Shown here piece by piece: positions 26,081 to 38,350 of a stretch of DNA of 64,000 bases. Source of the DNA: Octopus vulgaris (Eukaryota); NCBI GenBank assembly GCA_951406725.2, contig OX597820.1:97030001-97094000 (forward strand), read 5' to 3'. Each line of letters begins with the position of its first letter. Position 1 is the stretch's first letter. The position numbers and the translations under genes are program-made. Under the pieces are notes generated by a model that worked only from the letters and a program-made list of their open reading frames with translations, had not been told where the DNA came from and ran no database searches.

Positions 26081-26194
26081 AGATGAAGCAATAATAGTAA
26101 GAACATCCTCTGGTATATGTGTGTCTGTGTAAACCTTTTTGTAAAATTTATCTAATGAGGCATCCATTACTTCCATTAATATCCAAACATCACC
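26081..26194 (-). CDS. MAP2K6: MKK3/6 exon: GDVWILMEVMDASLDKFYKKVYTDTHIPEDVLTIIASS
   Basis: ttccag acceptor and gtaagt donor; 114 nt; hinge region. Confidence 0.95.
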
Positions 26195-27194
26195 CTGGAA
26201 AAAAATATATTTGAAACAATTAAAATTGACTGTTTCTAACGAGATTATTAGTATAACTGACATACACTGTTTCAATTAACAATATATACAACTGATGTCC
26301 CTAAAATAGAAGATACACTAAATACAGGATAAGGACTACTCATTTGTAGTTCTTTACAATGTCTTTTGGATGAAAAATTAACACTAAAATCAAGCATTTT
26401 CGAAGGAGAGTAATGAAGCTTAGAACTTTATATGACCTCCTGAGATGAAATCAGATAAGGTTTGATCCCAGTTTCATATCAAATGTTAATTTCTTTCAAC
26501 ATGGCACAAGACCGATATTATTTTCTATATTTTAAAATATACTCATAAATTCGATAATTGATTGTGTGCTTATTACTGGAGATAAGGTTAGGATAATTGT
26601 TGTGGTGATGACTCCTATAGAGACAGAAACATGGGTTCTTGAGATTTATCTCCCTTGCTCATATGAAGCCGTTCTCAACTGCCATTTGGCAATTGTGATA
26701 CATTTTCCAGAAGCAGAGATAATTTTAATAAATCAAGTGTTGATGTTGTATGGTATTTGATGTACTACAAATATATATACAACAAGCTTCTTTCAGTTTC
26801 TGTCTATGAAAATCCATTCACAAGGCTTTGGTCAGCCTGGAGCTTTAGTAGAAGACACTTGCCCAAGCTGTCACACATTGGGATTGAAACAGAAACTGTG
26901 TGGTTAGAAAGTGAACTTTTTAACAATATGGTTAAAAACAATAAGAATTTGAAGGAAAGCATCCAACTACCTCTAAAACTGAGAGAAAAATGATTAAAGA
27001 AAACGGGAAGTGAGAGAAGAAAGAAGCAAGCTGCCCTCTAGGTAAAAGCAGCAGCAGGTAGGAAAGAAGGCCAAGAAAACAGAAAAGGTAAGGAGAGAGA
27101 GAGAGAGTGTGTGTGTGTGTTGCAGATGGTGTAAACAGATTATTGTTGTGAACCTACATTAACAAGAACAATATTATTATATATATATATATAT

Positions 27195-27525
27195 TCTGTA
27201 AAGTGTTACCAAGAACTTCCATTACACTTCTATGTGACATGGTGCATTCATTCCAAATAAGGTGGCATTGGCACAACACTTCTGCTGAACTTGAATCTTT
27301 GCTTATGTTACAAATTAGACTGTCACTTGTGACCAAGTTCAGTGGTAATTTAAAAGCAGAATGAGCTGTTCGTCCTCCTGGGAGAATGATGGCAGCAAAA
27401 CCAGACAATGGTACAGCAACTGCAATTTTTTTTTTCTTTTGTTGCCTTACTTTGGAGAGAAGAAGCAATGTTACAACTGTTTTACCAGTGTCACCAGGAG
27501 CATCAAGAAAGGAAATTGTTCTGGG
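27195..27525 (-). mobile_element. Helitron PIF1-type helicase fragment (pseudogenised)
   Basis: FLDAPGDTGKT (Walker A), AVAVPLSGFAAIILPGGRTAHSAFKLPLN, CNISK, LIWNECTM (degenerate IWDE). Confidence 0.9.
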
Positions 27526-29380
27526 TTTTTTTCTGACGATTGTGGAATGGTGCATGCATGCACACACACACAAACACACAGATCCATATACATACAGTAT
27601 CAAACATCAGATTAAATGGACATGTGTGTGTGCATGTGTGTGTGAAAGAGAAAGAGAGTACTTGAGTGAAGGGGTGTGTTGTCATGTATATGTACATACA
27701 TAAATAGGCATACATCTTTCTTGTATGAATGTGTGTGAGAGAGAGAGACATAGTGCCACTTAGACATCACTCTCTCTCCATCTCACACACACACATACAA
27801 AAAAGATGTATGCATATGTATTTATGTATGTACAAATATATGACAACACATCCCTTCACTCACACACAGACACACACACCATACATAAATGTATAGACAC
27901 ATACATACAAAAACACATGTGCGTGTGTGATCCAGTAGAAATACATAGAGCCGAAGACGGCATGAAAAAGAAAATTAATAAATTTTTCCGTAAATTAATG
28001 AAGTGTGCGAGTTCCAGCAAAATAATGCCCATATTTTTTGGACACCCCATGTTGAATTGCAAAATTTTAACGCGATATTTGTGTAATAAAGAAATCAAAC
28101 CTGGTGTATGTGTGTGTGTGCATGTGTAAGAGAGAGAGATATATTTCTTTATTGCCCACAAGGGCTAAACATTGAGGGGACAGACAAAGGGATTAAATCA
28201 ATTACATAGACCCCAGTGCGTAACTGGTACTTAATTTATCGACCCCGAAAGGATGAAAGGCAAAGTCGACCTCGGCGGAATTTGAACTCACAACGTAACG
28301 GCAGACCAATGAATGGGATAAAGATGGAATGAAAAAATTTGTATAAATAGAAACACGTTGAAAACTATCTTGTACCGAATATTTAAATTTGTAAACTTAG
28401 TAATTAATTCTTTTAGTAATTTATCATAGTTGTTTACAAATAGCAAATTAAAACTTGAGAAGAAAACATTAAAAATTCGACAGGGACAGACTTTGCTGGT
28501 TTTACGTCAATACCAGAAGTAGACATTGAGAAACCTTTTTGAAAGAAGTGAATGTAATGTAATAATATTCCAAGGTATATTTGTAGAGAATTTCATTAAA
28601 AAAATATCCGTTTTCTTGAAAGTGAAGACGAATTGAAGTAGACTCCGGTGAATTTTCAGAAATTCCCCATCCCCTCCTAAAACGCTTACCCTACAAAATT
28701 GTATATATTCGAAATGGATATGATATAACACATATTTGTAGAAAATTTTATTAGAAAATATCCATTTTATCCTTTGAAGCTGTAAGAAATAAAGATCCCT
28801 TACATGAAAAATAGGTAAAGATTAGCAAGAAGAAGAGTAAAATACTATCTCAATAACATATTTGTCTAACCCATACAAGTATAGAAAAACAGGCATAAAA
28901 ATACAAGAAAAAGAAAAAAGAGACACAAGTCAACTCAGCCAAGTATTTAAAAATGATATCTAGAATAGTACCAGAACTTATAAGATTAGCTACACTAGTA
29001 GACAACAGGTAGCATTAGTTAATGTTAATTCCACCTGAATACCATTATGATCATGGTATTTATCATCATTATGATCATGATCATCACCACCATTTAATAA
29101 TTATTTTCATGCTAGTATGGCTAAATGGTTTGACAGGCATTGACAAGACAGAGGACTGTACCAAAGTCTACTGTCTGCTTTGGCATAGTTTCTATGGCTA
29201 GATGCTCTTTCTAATGCTAACCATTTTACAGAATGTACTGGGTGCTTTTTAAGTGGCACCAGCATCAATGTAGTCACCAAGTAACTTGCGAGACACTACG
29301 CTTCAGTTGAGTAGGAAGTACTATTGAGGGACGTGGCTTTTGCGCCAGGTGATGAGAGGTTAAAGTATGACAGAAACTGA

Positions 29381-29617
29381 AAGCGGTGAGCTGGCAGAAA
29401 TGTTAGCACGCCAGGTGAAATGCTTTACGGTATTTCGTCTGCCGTTACGTTCTGAGTTCAAATTCCGCCGAGGTCGAATTTGCCTTTCATCCTTTTGGGG
29501 TCGATAAATTAAGTACCAGTTACGCACTGGGGTTTATATAATCGACCTAATCCATTTGTCTGTCCTTATTTGTCCTCTCTGTGTTTAGCCACTTGTGGGT
29601 AGTAAAGAAATAGGTAT
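29381..29617 (+). mobile_element. tRNA-SINE family 2 (Meta/MESC-like core)
   Basis: Head gcggtgagctggcagaa..gagttcaaattcc; core gcctttcatccttttggggtcgataaattaagtaccag. Confidence 0.85.
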
Positions 29618-29999
29618 TTGTTGTGTGTGTGTGTGTGTGTGTGGTGGGGGTCCACCAGAGTAGAGTAGTAATCGAAGGGGTCGATAGATAAAAAGATGGT
29701 TGAGAACCCTTGTGATAGTGTGATTCAGCAGGTATGTTCATGAGAATGTGAAAGGAGATTGGGAGATAGAGGGATATGTAGTATGTGGTAACACAGGTGG
29801 CAGGAGAGGGTGTTAGGAAGACATATTGTGGGGAATCAAGGATTGACGAGAAAAGAGAAAAAATAAATGACTTTGAAAGAAGAGGAGAAGCTGAATCGAA
29901 AAATGCTGCAACAAGATAAATAGTGATGTGTTGTGCTGCTAAATGGAAAAAACTGACAGCAAAATTATTCACTGTTTCTCAGGAAAATATATAGAAGAC

Positions 30000-30475
30000 C
30001 ATAGAGCAGCTAACCAGCTTCCGTGCCAGTGGCACGTAAAAGGCACCATTCGAGTGTGATCGGTACCAGCGTCGCCTTACTGGCACTTGAGCCCCGTGCT
30101 AGTAGGGTGCTAAAAGCACCATCCGAGTGTGATTGTTGCCAGAGCAGCTAACTGGCTTCCGTGCCGGTGGCACGTAAAAGGCACCATTCGAGCGTGATCG
30201 TTACCAGCATCGCCCTACTGGCATCTGTGCCAGTGGCATGTGTAAAAAGATTCGAGTGAGGTCATTGCCAGTACCATCTGACTGGCCCCCGTGCCGGTGG
30301 CACGTAAAAGCACCCACTACACTCTCGGAGTGGCTGGCATTAGGAAGGGCATCCAGCTGTAGAAACTCTGCCAGATCAAGATTGGAGCCTGGTGCAGCCA
30401 TCTGGTTCGCCATCCCTCAGTCAAATCGTCCAACTCATGCTAGCATGGAAAGCAGAGGTTAAACGATGATCATGA
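30000..30475 (+). mobile_element. RTE LINE 3' UTR copy with several internal tandem units
   Basis: Matches 34643-35150 and 59220-59738. Confidence 0.78.
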
Positions 30476-31057
30476 TTTGATGGGAGTGACTACTATGTTT
30501 AAACCTTTAGCATTTAAGCCGGCCAAGTCTGGCCCAAATATTCTATATGCTTTATGTTCAAATTGATGAGATCCAGCCTCTCATACCTATCCTACAATGT
30601 CATTCTAAAAATAAAACAATTACACCATCAAAATTTTGAAGGTACAAGATAATTCATGATTAATTCACAACAACAAGAATAAATAAATATTACATTTGAC
30701 ATAGTCATCTGAATGCTTAAAGGGTTAAATATTCTTATCAAAAAAGCACCATCGGTGGCACGTAAAAAGCACCATTCGATCGTGGCCATTTGCCAACCTC
30801 GTCTGGCACCTGTGCAGGTGGCACGTAAAAAGCACCCACAACACTCACGGAGTGGTTGGCGTCAGGAAGGGCATCCAGCTGTAGAAACACTGCCAAATCA
30901 GACTGGGCCTAGCGCAGCCTCCTGGCTTCCCAGGCCCCAGTTGAACCGTCCAACCCATGCTAGCATGGAAAACGCACGTTAAACGATGATGATGATATGG
31001 AATGTTTCAGAAATTGTAAAATATCACAGCCAGATGTTAAAATTAAGCAGCACTTAC

Positions 31058-31177
31058 CTCTCTAAACAAAGCTCCATAAGATTGCACTGTGTAAGTACAT
31101 AAACCACTTTTCATTGATACATCAAGATCCATCAGTAATCTTTTTTCTTCCTCTCCATTAATAGTTGCAGTAATTCT
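31058..31177 (-). CDS. MAP2K6: MKK3/6 exon: RITATINGEEEKRLLMDLDVSMKSGLCTYTVQSYGALFRE
   Basis: ttttatag acceptor and gtaagt donor; 120 nt, phase 0/0. Not in the ORF track; translated by hand. Confidence 0.95.
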
Positions 31178-31859
31178 CTATAAAAGAAAAAACAAAAAAA
31201 AAAAAAGAGAGCCTTGATAAGTCTTTTAAAAACAACAAGTTTTCTTGTAAAAACAAAAATTATGAAGATGCAGGCATGGCTGTATGATAAGAAACTTGCT
31301 TCTCAACCACATGGTTCAGGGTTCAGTACCACTGTGTGACACCTTGGGCTAGTGTTTTCTACAATAGCCGTGAGCCAACTAAAGCCTTATGAATGAATTT
31401 GGTAGACAGAAACTGAAAAGAAGCCGGTGAGCTGGCAGAAATGTTAGCACGCCAGGTGAAATACCTAGTGGTATTTTCTCTGCTGTTATGTTCTGAGTTC
31501 AAATTCTGCCGAGGTCAACTTTGCCTTTCATCCTTTCGGGGTCGATCTAATCGACTTAATCTGTCCTTGTTTGTCCCCTCTATGTTTAGCCCCTTGTGGG
31601 CATTAAAGAAATAAGAAACTGAAAAGAAGCCCGTATTGTATGTGTGCATATATATATATATATAATGAAACTCGGTTTTTTCCCAAACTTCTTCTCAAAC
31701 CTGCTATAATGTAATACATGTCTTTGGTGTGGTAATTGTATGTGGCTGAAGGCTGTTGACCTACATGTTATATCAACTATGCATTGATATAAATTGCTCA
31801 ATAAAGCCAGGAACATATGTACCACTAAATCCTTTGCATCCTGTTTTTCCTTTTGATAA

Positions 31860-31902
<43 letters not shown>

Positions 31903-32845
31903 AATATATATGTATGTATAGGGGAAGAATTCACAAAAAAACAAAGATGAAGACAGGTGGTGTAGACAACAAACAAATGTATTAGTATAATGCTCAGGAA
32001 GTGAAAAAGTCTTTAACGCTTTGAGCCTATGCTCTTCCACAGAAAGGAACACAGAAAGAAACAGGGAGAGAAAATAAAGCACTCAGATGATTTTATGTAT
32101 ATGTGTGTGTGTGTTTGTGTCTGTATTTACCTCCCACTCCACTACCAGACAACTGATGTTGGTGTGTTTACAACCTTGTAACTTAGCAGTTTGGCAAAAG
32201 TAACCAATAGAATAAGTGCCAGGCTTTAGAAAATTAAGTACTGGGGGTTGATGCATTTGACTAAAAATTCAAGACAGTGCCCCAGCATGGCTACAGTCTA
32301 ATGACTGAAAGAAGTAAAAAGAAAAAGAAATAGGCACAGGTGTGGCTGTGGTGCAGAAGCCTACTTCCCAACCATGTGACTTAGGGTTCAGTTCCACAGC
32401 ATGGCACCATGGGCAAGCACCTTCTACTATAACCTCAGACCATCCAAAGCCATGTGGGTGGATGTAGTAGATGAAAACAGAAAGAAACCCATCATGCATA
32501 TATATGTGTGTGTGTATACATTATATACACACACACACATACTCAAATATATATACATACACACATATGTATGCATGTGTGTCCTCCACCACTGCTTGAC
32601 AACCAGTGTTGGTTTGTTTACATCCCCATAACTTAGTGGTTTAGCATTAAGGATGAATAGAATAAGTACCAGGTTTTAAAGAAATATAAGTACTGAGGTC
32701 AATTCGTTTGACTAAAACCTTTCAAGGTGGTGCCCCACCATGGCAACAGTCCAATAACTGGAACACGTAAAGAAAAAAAAGATAAAAGATAAATGAAGAA
32801 ACAAATTACAGAAACGGTAAAAAATTCATTCATTTTCTTTTATGC

Positions 32846-33007
32846 ATAGGAGTGGCTGTGTGGTAAGTAGCTTGTTTACCAACCACATGGTTCCGGGTTC
32901 AGTCCCACTGCGTGGCACCTTGGGCAAGTGTCTTCTACTATAGCCTCAGGCCAACCAAAGCCTTGTGAGTGGATTTGGTAGACGGAAACTGAAAGAAGCC
33001 CATTGTA

Positions 33008-33065
<58 letters not shown>

Positions 33066-33220
33066 TGTGTGTGCTTGTGTGTCTGTGTTTGTTCCCCTAG
33101 CATTGCTTGACAACCGATGCTGGTGTATTTATGTCCCCGTTACTTAGTGGTTCGGCAAAAGAGACTGATAGAATAAGTACTGGGCTTACAAAAGAATAAG
33201 TCCCGGGGTCGAGTTGCTGA
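32846..33220 (+). mobile_element. tRNA-SINE family 1 copy
   Basis: Head, (TA)n centre and 3' half present. Confidence 0.88.
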
Positions 33221-34057
33221 AACATGTAAAAGAGTTATGTTTCTACTGCTGTCAGGAACACTGGCCTTCCACTTAAATACCATGGACTGTACATGGCTGT
33301 CTGATTATGAGTGCTGCTTCTCAACCAGATGGCTGCGACATAGAATGAAGTGATGAGAAAAGACCATTGGATGCTGGTTCTCACCAAGGAAATGACAAGA
33401 GACCAGGAGATAAGGCGATTTGACTGGCTTCCGTGCAGGTGGCACGTAAAATGCACCAATCTGACCGTGGCCGATGCCAGCCTTGCCTGACACCAGTGCA
33501 GGTGGCACGTAAAAAGCACCCACTACACTCACGGAGTGGTTGGCGTTAGGAAGGGCATCCAGCTGTAGAAACATTGCCAGATAAGACCGGAGCCTGGTGC
33601 AGCCTTCTGGCTTCCCAGATCCCCGGTCGAACTGTCCAACCCATGCTAGCATGGAGAACGGACATTAAACGATGATGACGATGATGATGATGATGATGAT
33701 ATGATGCATCAAGCTAGGTAAAAATCACTGTTTTCTACACATACAGGCTTGTCCTCTCAAGAGCTGGTGCCACTTAAAAAGCACCTATGCTGGTGCTGCA
33801 TAAACACAGCCATGCTGGTGGTACATGAAAAACACCCAGCACACACTGTTAGGTGATTGGTGTTAAGAAGGGCATCCAGCCATATAAACCATTCCTCAAC
33901 AGACAGCTGGAGTCTGAACAGCTCCCTGCTAGCCAGCTCCATATCAATCCATCCAACCCATGCTAGCATGGAAAGCGAATGTTAAACAATGACGATGATG
34001 ATGATACAAAAATTTGAAAGTGAATAACTTACAGAGGCATGTATATTAACATATACA

Positions 34058-34283
34058 CTCTCTCTCTCTCTATCTGCTCAGTCGAAGTCGACTCTCGGTC
34101 ACTTGTTGGATCAGTGTCCTCCAGTCAGTTCTATCCTGGGCCACTTCCTTCAGACTGGCCATGTCCATTCCGGTATCACTCCTGATGGTGTCGAGCCAGC
34201 GGGTTCTTGGTCGGCCTCTTCCTCTCTTGCCACTGACCATTCCGAGCATGATGTCCTTCTCCAGGGATTCTCTCCGCATAATA
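34058..34283 (-). mobile_element. RTE/BovB-like LINE 3' end
   Basis: IMRRESLEKDIMLGMVSGKRGRGRPRTRWLD...AQDRTDWR...* followed by an (AG)n tail. Confidence 0.88.
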
Positions 34284-34642
34284 TACACACATAAATATAC
34301 GTATATATAAGAGCTAGAGATTGCTTACAATTGTGTATGGCTCTGTAACATGTACTCTGCTTTTGCTAATTGCTGTATGTTCCTGTGGAGTCAAGAGCAG
34401 ACACCCACACACACATCCTCTCAACTCTCTCCCACCTTTTGACCCAACAGCACATTCAGGATGTAACAGCTGGGGGGAGAGAGAGAGAGAGAGTGGGTGA
34501 GTTGCATCAGCAGTCATTTTATCTGGAGCAATGTGAAATGAAGTGCACTATTAAAAAATTCAGGTCACCCAGTTCAGGAATTGAACTTGTGACATGCTCA
34601 TGGGCCAAACACCCAAATGATTAGGTCACATACCTTCACAAT

Positions 34643-35360
34643 ATCATCATCATCATCATCGTTTAACGTCCGTTTTCCATGCTAGCATGGGTTGGACGGT
34701 TTTGACTGATCGCTGGCGAACCAGATGGTTGCACCAGTCTCCAATCTTGATTTGGCAGAGTTTCTACAGCTGGATGCCCTTCCTAACGCCAACCACTCCA
34801 AGAGTGTAGTGGGTGCTTTTTACGTGCCACCTGCACGGGGGCCAGTCAGGCGGTACTGGCAATGACCTCGCTCGAATCTTTTACATGTGCCAACGACACA
34901 GGTGCCAGTGAAGCGACATTGGTAACGATCACGCTCGAATGGTGCCGTTTTACGTGCCACGGGTACGGAAGTCAGTTGGCTGCTCTCGCAACAATCACAA
35001 CAATCACGCTCGGATGGTGTTCTTGGCTCCCTACTAGCACAGGCATAAGTGCCAGTAAGGCGACGCTGGTAACAATCATACTCAAATAGCCTCTCTGTCA
35101 ATGATCACACTCGTATGGTGCTCTTTGCTCCCCGCTAGCACGGATGCCAGTCATCAAAATGATTTTGATTTGATTTTGATTACACTTGCCACAAGAGGTC
35201 TTCGCAAGCAAAGTTTAGTGACCAAAGAAGGAAAAGCTACGCATAAGTGGGCCGGTTATGCTCCTGGGTTATGGTTTCATCTGGCTTGCCAGGTCTTCTC
35301 GAGCACAGCATATTTCCAAAGGTCTCGGTCGCTTGTCATTTCCTTGGTGAGGCCTAATGT
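34643..35360 (-). mobile_element. RTE LINE 3' end: ORF C-terminus plus tandem-repeat 3' UTR
   Basis: 35360 to 35277 translates TLGLTKEMTSDRDLWKYAVLEKTWQAR*; followed by the repeat units and a (GAT)n tail. Confidence 0.8.
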
Positions 35361-35522
35361 TCAAATCATCATCATCACTTTATGTCCACTTTTCCATGCT
35401 TGCATCGGCCAGACAAAATTTACCAAGGCAGATTTCACTGCGTGCCCTACTTATTGCCAACCCTCACCTGTTCCCAAGCAAGGTAATATTTCCCCAGAGC
35501 CAAGCATGTTTTCCATATACAA

Positions 35523-35750
35523 TTTCTTTACTACCCACAAAGGGCTAAACACAGAGGGGACAAACAAGGACAGACAAACGGATTAAGTTGATTATATTGA
35601 CCCCAGTGCGTAACTGGTACTTATTTAATCGACTCCGAAAAGATGAAAGGCAAAGTCGACCTCGGCGGAATTTGAACTCAGAACGTAGCGGCAGACGAAA
35701 TACCACTAGGCATTTCGCCCGGCGTGCTAACGTTTCTGCCAGCTCGCCGC
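35523..35750 (-). mobile_element. Full-length tRNA-SINE family 2 copy
   Basis: TSD (gc)atgttttccatatacaa at about 35504-35522 and 35749-35767. Confidence 0.88.
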
Positions 35751-36989
35751 ATGTTTTCCATATACAACTGAAAACAAACAAACGTTGCTTGTATAACAGT
35801 GATGCTCACTTACAGCCATAGCAATGGGCTTCTTTCAGTTTCCATCTAATAATGCTACTCACAAGGCTTTGGTCGGTCCATAGATACTCGCCCAAAAAGC
35901 TGCATAGCAGAACTGAACCTGAGACAGCAGTCATAAATCAAGCTTCTAAACCTCGTAGTCATGTCTACACACACGAGGAGAGAGACGGGGGGCATTTTAA
36001 TTATATAAAATCAGAGGCATGAGTTTATGTTGTCATTTCTTTAGCCCAATAAAAATCTTATCATCTTCAGTTTAAATCATCTCCCAAAAAACCCTCCAAA
36101 ATAATCAGTCATTCACAACGCAGTTATGACAAGTAGTTTAGTTAAAATGTCAACTATTTATCTCGGCTGATCCAAATTGTCAGCTATCACAATCAAAGAT
36201 AATAAACAGGTCAATATTCTTTAGTTTCATGAACTTATTGAACTATATGTTTTCCAGTTACAAGGTAGCAAGCTTGCAGAATCGTTTGCATGCTGGGTTA
36301 AATGTTTAGCGTCATTTCATCTGTCTTTATATCTGCCAGTTCAAATGCTGCCAGGGTTGACTTTTGCCTTTCATCCTTTCAACATCGATAAAATAAGTAT
36401 CAGTTGAGCACTGGAGTCGATGTAATCAACTTACCCTGTCCCCTGAATTTACTGGTCTTGTGCCAAAATTTGAAACCAATTACTCAGCTATGTTGTCAAA
36501 TCATCATCATCACTTTATGTCCACTTTTCCATGCTTGCATCGGCCAGACAAAATTTACCATGTTGGCATGTTGGCAGAATCATTTGCATGCCAGGCAAAT
36601 GCTTAGCGACATTTTGTCTGTCTTTACGTCTTGAGTTCAAATGCAACTGGGGTCAACTTTGCCTTTCATCCTTTCCAGGTTGATAAAATAAGTACCAGTT
36701 GAGCACTAGGGTTGATGTAATTGATTTCCCCATCCCTGGATTTTGCTGGTCTTGTGTCAAAATTTGAAAACAATTACTCAGCTATATTTGTTGATGATGT
36801 CATTAATGAGATAAAGTGATAGATTAGAGTAGCATACTTAAAATCAAATTTGGTTCGGTTTTAATTTCAGTTGTATACAAAAGTGCTAATTATGAGAAGC
36901 TGAAGTAAATACAAATTTAGTAAATGCAGAAACCCTTCTGGCCTGCAGTAAAAGTAGTAGGGATTGTGACTTTAGTTTTTTTAATTTTT

Positions 36990-37393
36990 TTTTACTTGTT
37001 TCAGTCATCTGACTGTGGCCATGCTGGAGCACCGCCTTTAGTCAAGCAAATCGACCCCAGGACTTATTCTTTGTAAGCCTAATACTTATTCTATTGGTCT
37101 CTTTTGCCGAACTGCTAAGTTACGGGGATGTAAACACACCAGCATCGGTTGTCAAGCAATGTTGGGTTGTCAAGCAATGTTGGGTGGACAAACACAGACA
37201 CACAAACACACACACACATATATATATATACGACAGGCTTCTTTCAGTTTCCCTCTACCAAATCCACTCACAAGGCTTTGGTCGGCCCAAGGCTATAGTA
37301 GAAGACATTTGCCCAAGGTGCCATGCAGTGGGACTGAACTCAGAACCATGTGGTTGGTAAGCAAGCTACTTACCACAGAGCCACTCCTACGCC
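36990..37393 (-). mobile_element. tRNA-SINE family 1 copy
   Basis: Full length, with a small internal 18-bp duplication. Confidence 0.88.
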
Positions 37394-37931
37394 TATTTTG
37401 ATCATAAGTTTTAATCCTTTTGATACTGATTGAGACCACCCCTGGTTCTATGATATAAACTTCCCATGTAACCCTTTACCACTTAAATCAACCATATCCA
37501 GCTCAAATATCCTACCTGTTTTATGTTCACATTGGCCATATCCCACCTCCAACACCTAACCTACTATGTCATTCTAAAAATAAACAATCTCATCACTGAA
37601 ATCTCTAAGCTATGAGATAATGCATGACTAATTCAAACAATGTGAATGAATAAGCATTATATTTTTCAGAGTAACCTGAATGCTAACAGTTAACTTAAAA
37701 CCTTCCATTAAAATTTCATGTTGATTTAGGTTTGAAACATCAATTAAATTATGGCAAAATTACTTTACTAAATTCTTCATAATTTCAATGTTAATTGACT
37801 TAACCTTTCAACATTTAGATTCGTTTGTCAAATGTGATGCTTAATAATTCACATTGTTTCAAATTAATCATACATTATCTGGTAACTTTGAGATTTCGAC
37901 TATGAGGTTGTTTACTTCTAGTATGACATTG

Positions 37932-38350
37932 GGATCTTTTCGGTTTGAACGGTAGTTTTTTCTAGCGGTGTCATATGAAATCGTCACCCATAATTATGAC
38001 CCTAGAATCGATCTATTGCATTTCAATCTCTTTTAGAGTTAAGGTTAGGGGTGGGGGGAAGGGTATCTTTTTTTTCTTTACAAATGTAAATAAACCCAAT
38101 CTGATTCTTTAACGAGGGACATATTCATACGGCACAGAATGCTTTTTAACTCAATAGACGTCATTGATTCGTTGAAATTGCAGAAATTGAAGAAAAAAAA
38201 ACAACAAATATCTTACAAACTATAGAATTTTCTCAATAAAGCCAAGAGAAAAAGATGTTTTATAAACACATTCAACCAGTATACGAAGTTTAAAATTTTT
38301 TAGTTACCTAGAAATTATGTTAAAAACTGCCGTTCAAACCGAAAAGATCC
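37932..38350. mobile_element. DNA transposon MITE with 29-bp TIRs and 8-bp TSD, nested in a TTAA MITE (about 37798-38440)
   Basis: TIR ggatcttttcggtttgaacgg(t/c)agttttt; TSD tgacattg at 37924-37931 and 38351-38358. Confidence 0.9.

Noticed and set aside
30000-30330. Regularly spaced palindromic repeats resembling a CRISPR array
   Set aside because: The apparent spacers are themselves repeated and recur in many copies; this is an RTE 3' UTR in a eukaryote with no cas genes.
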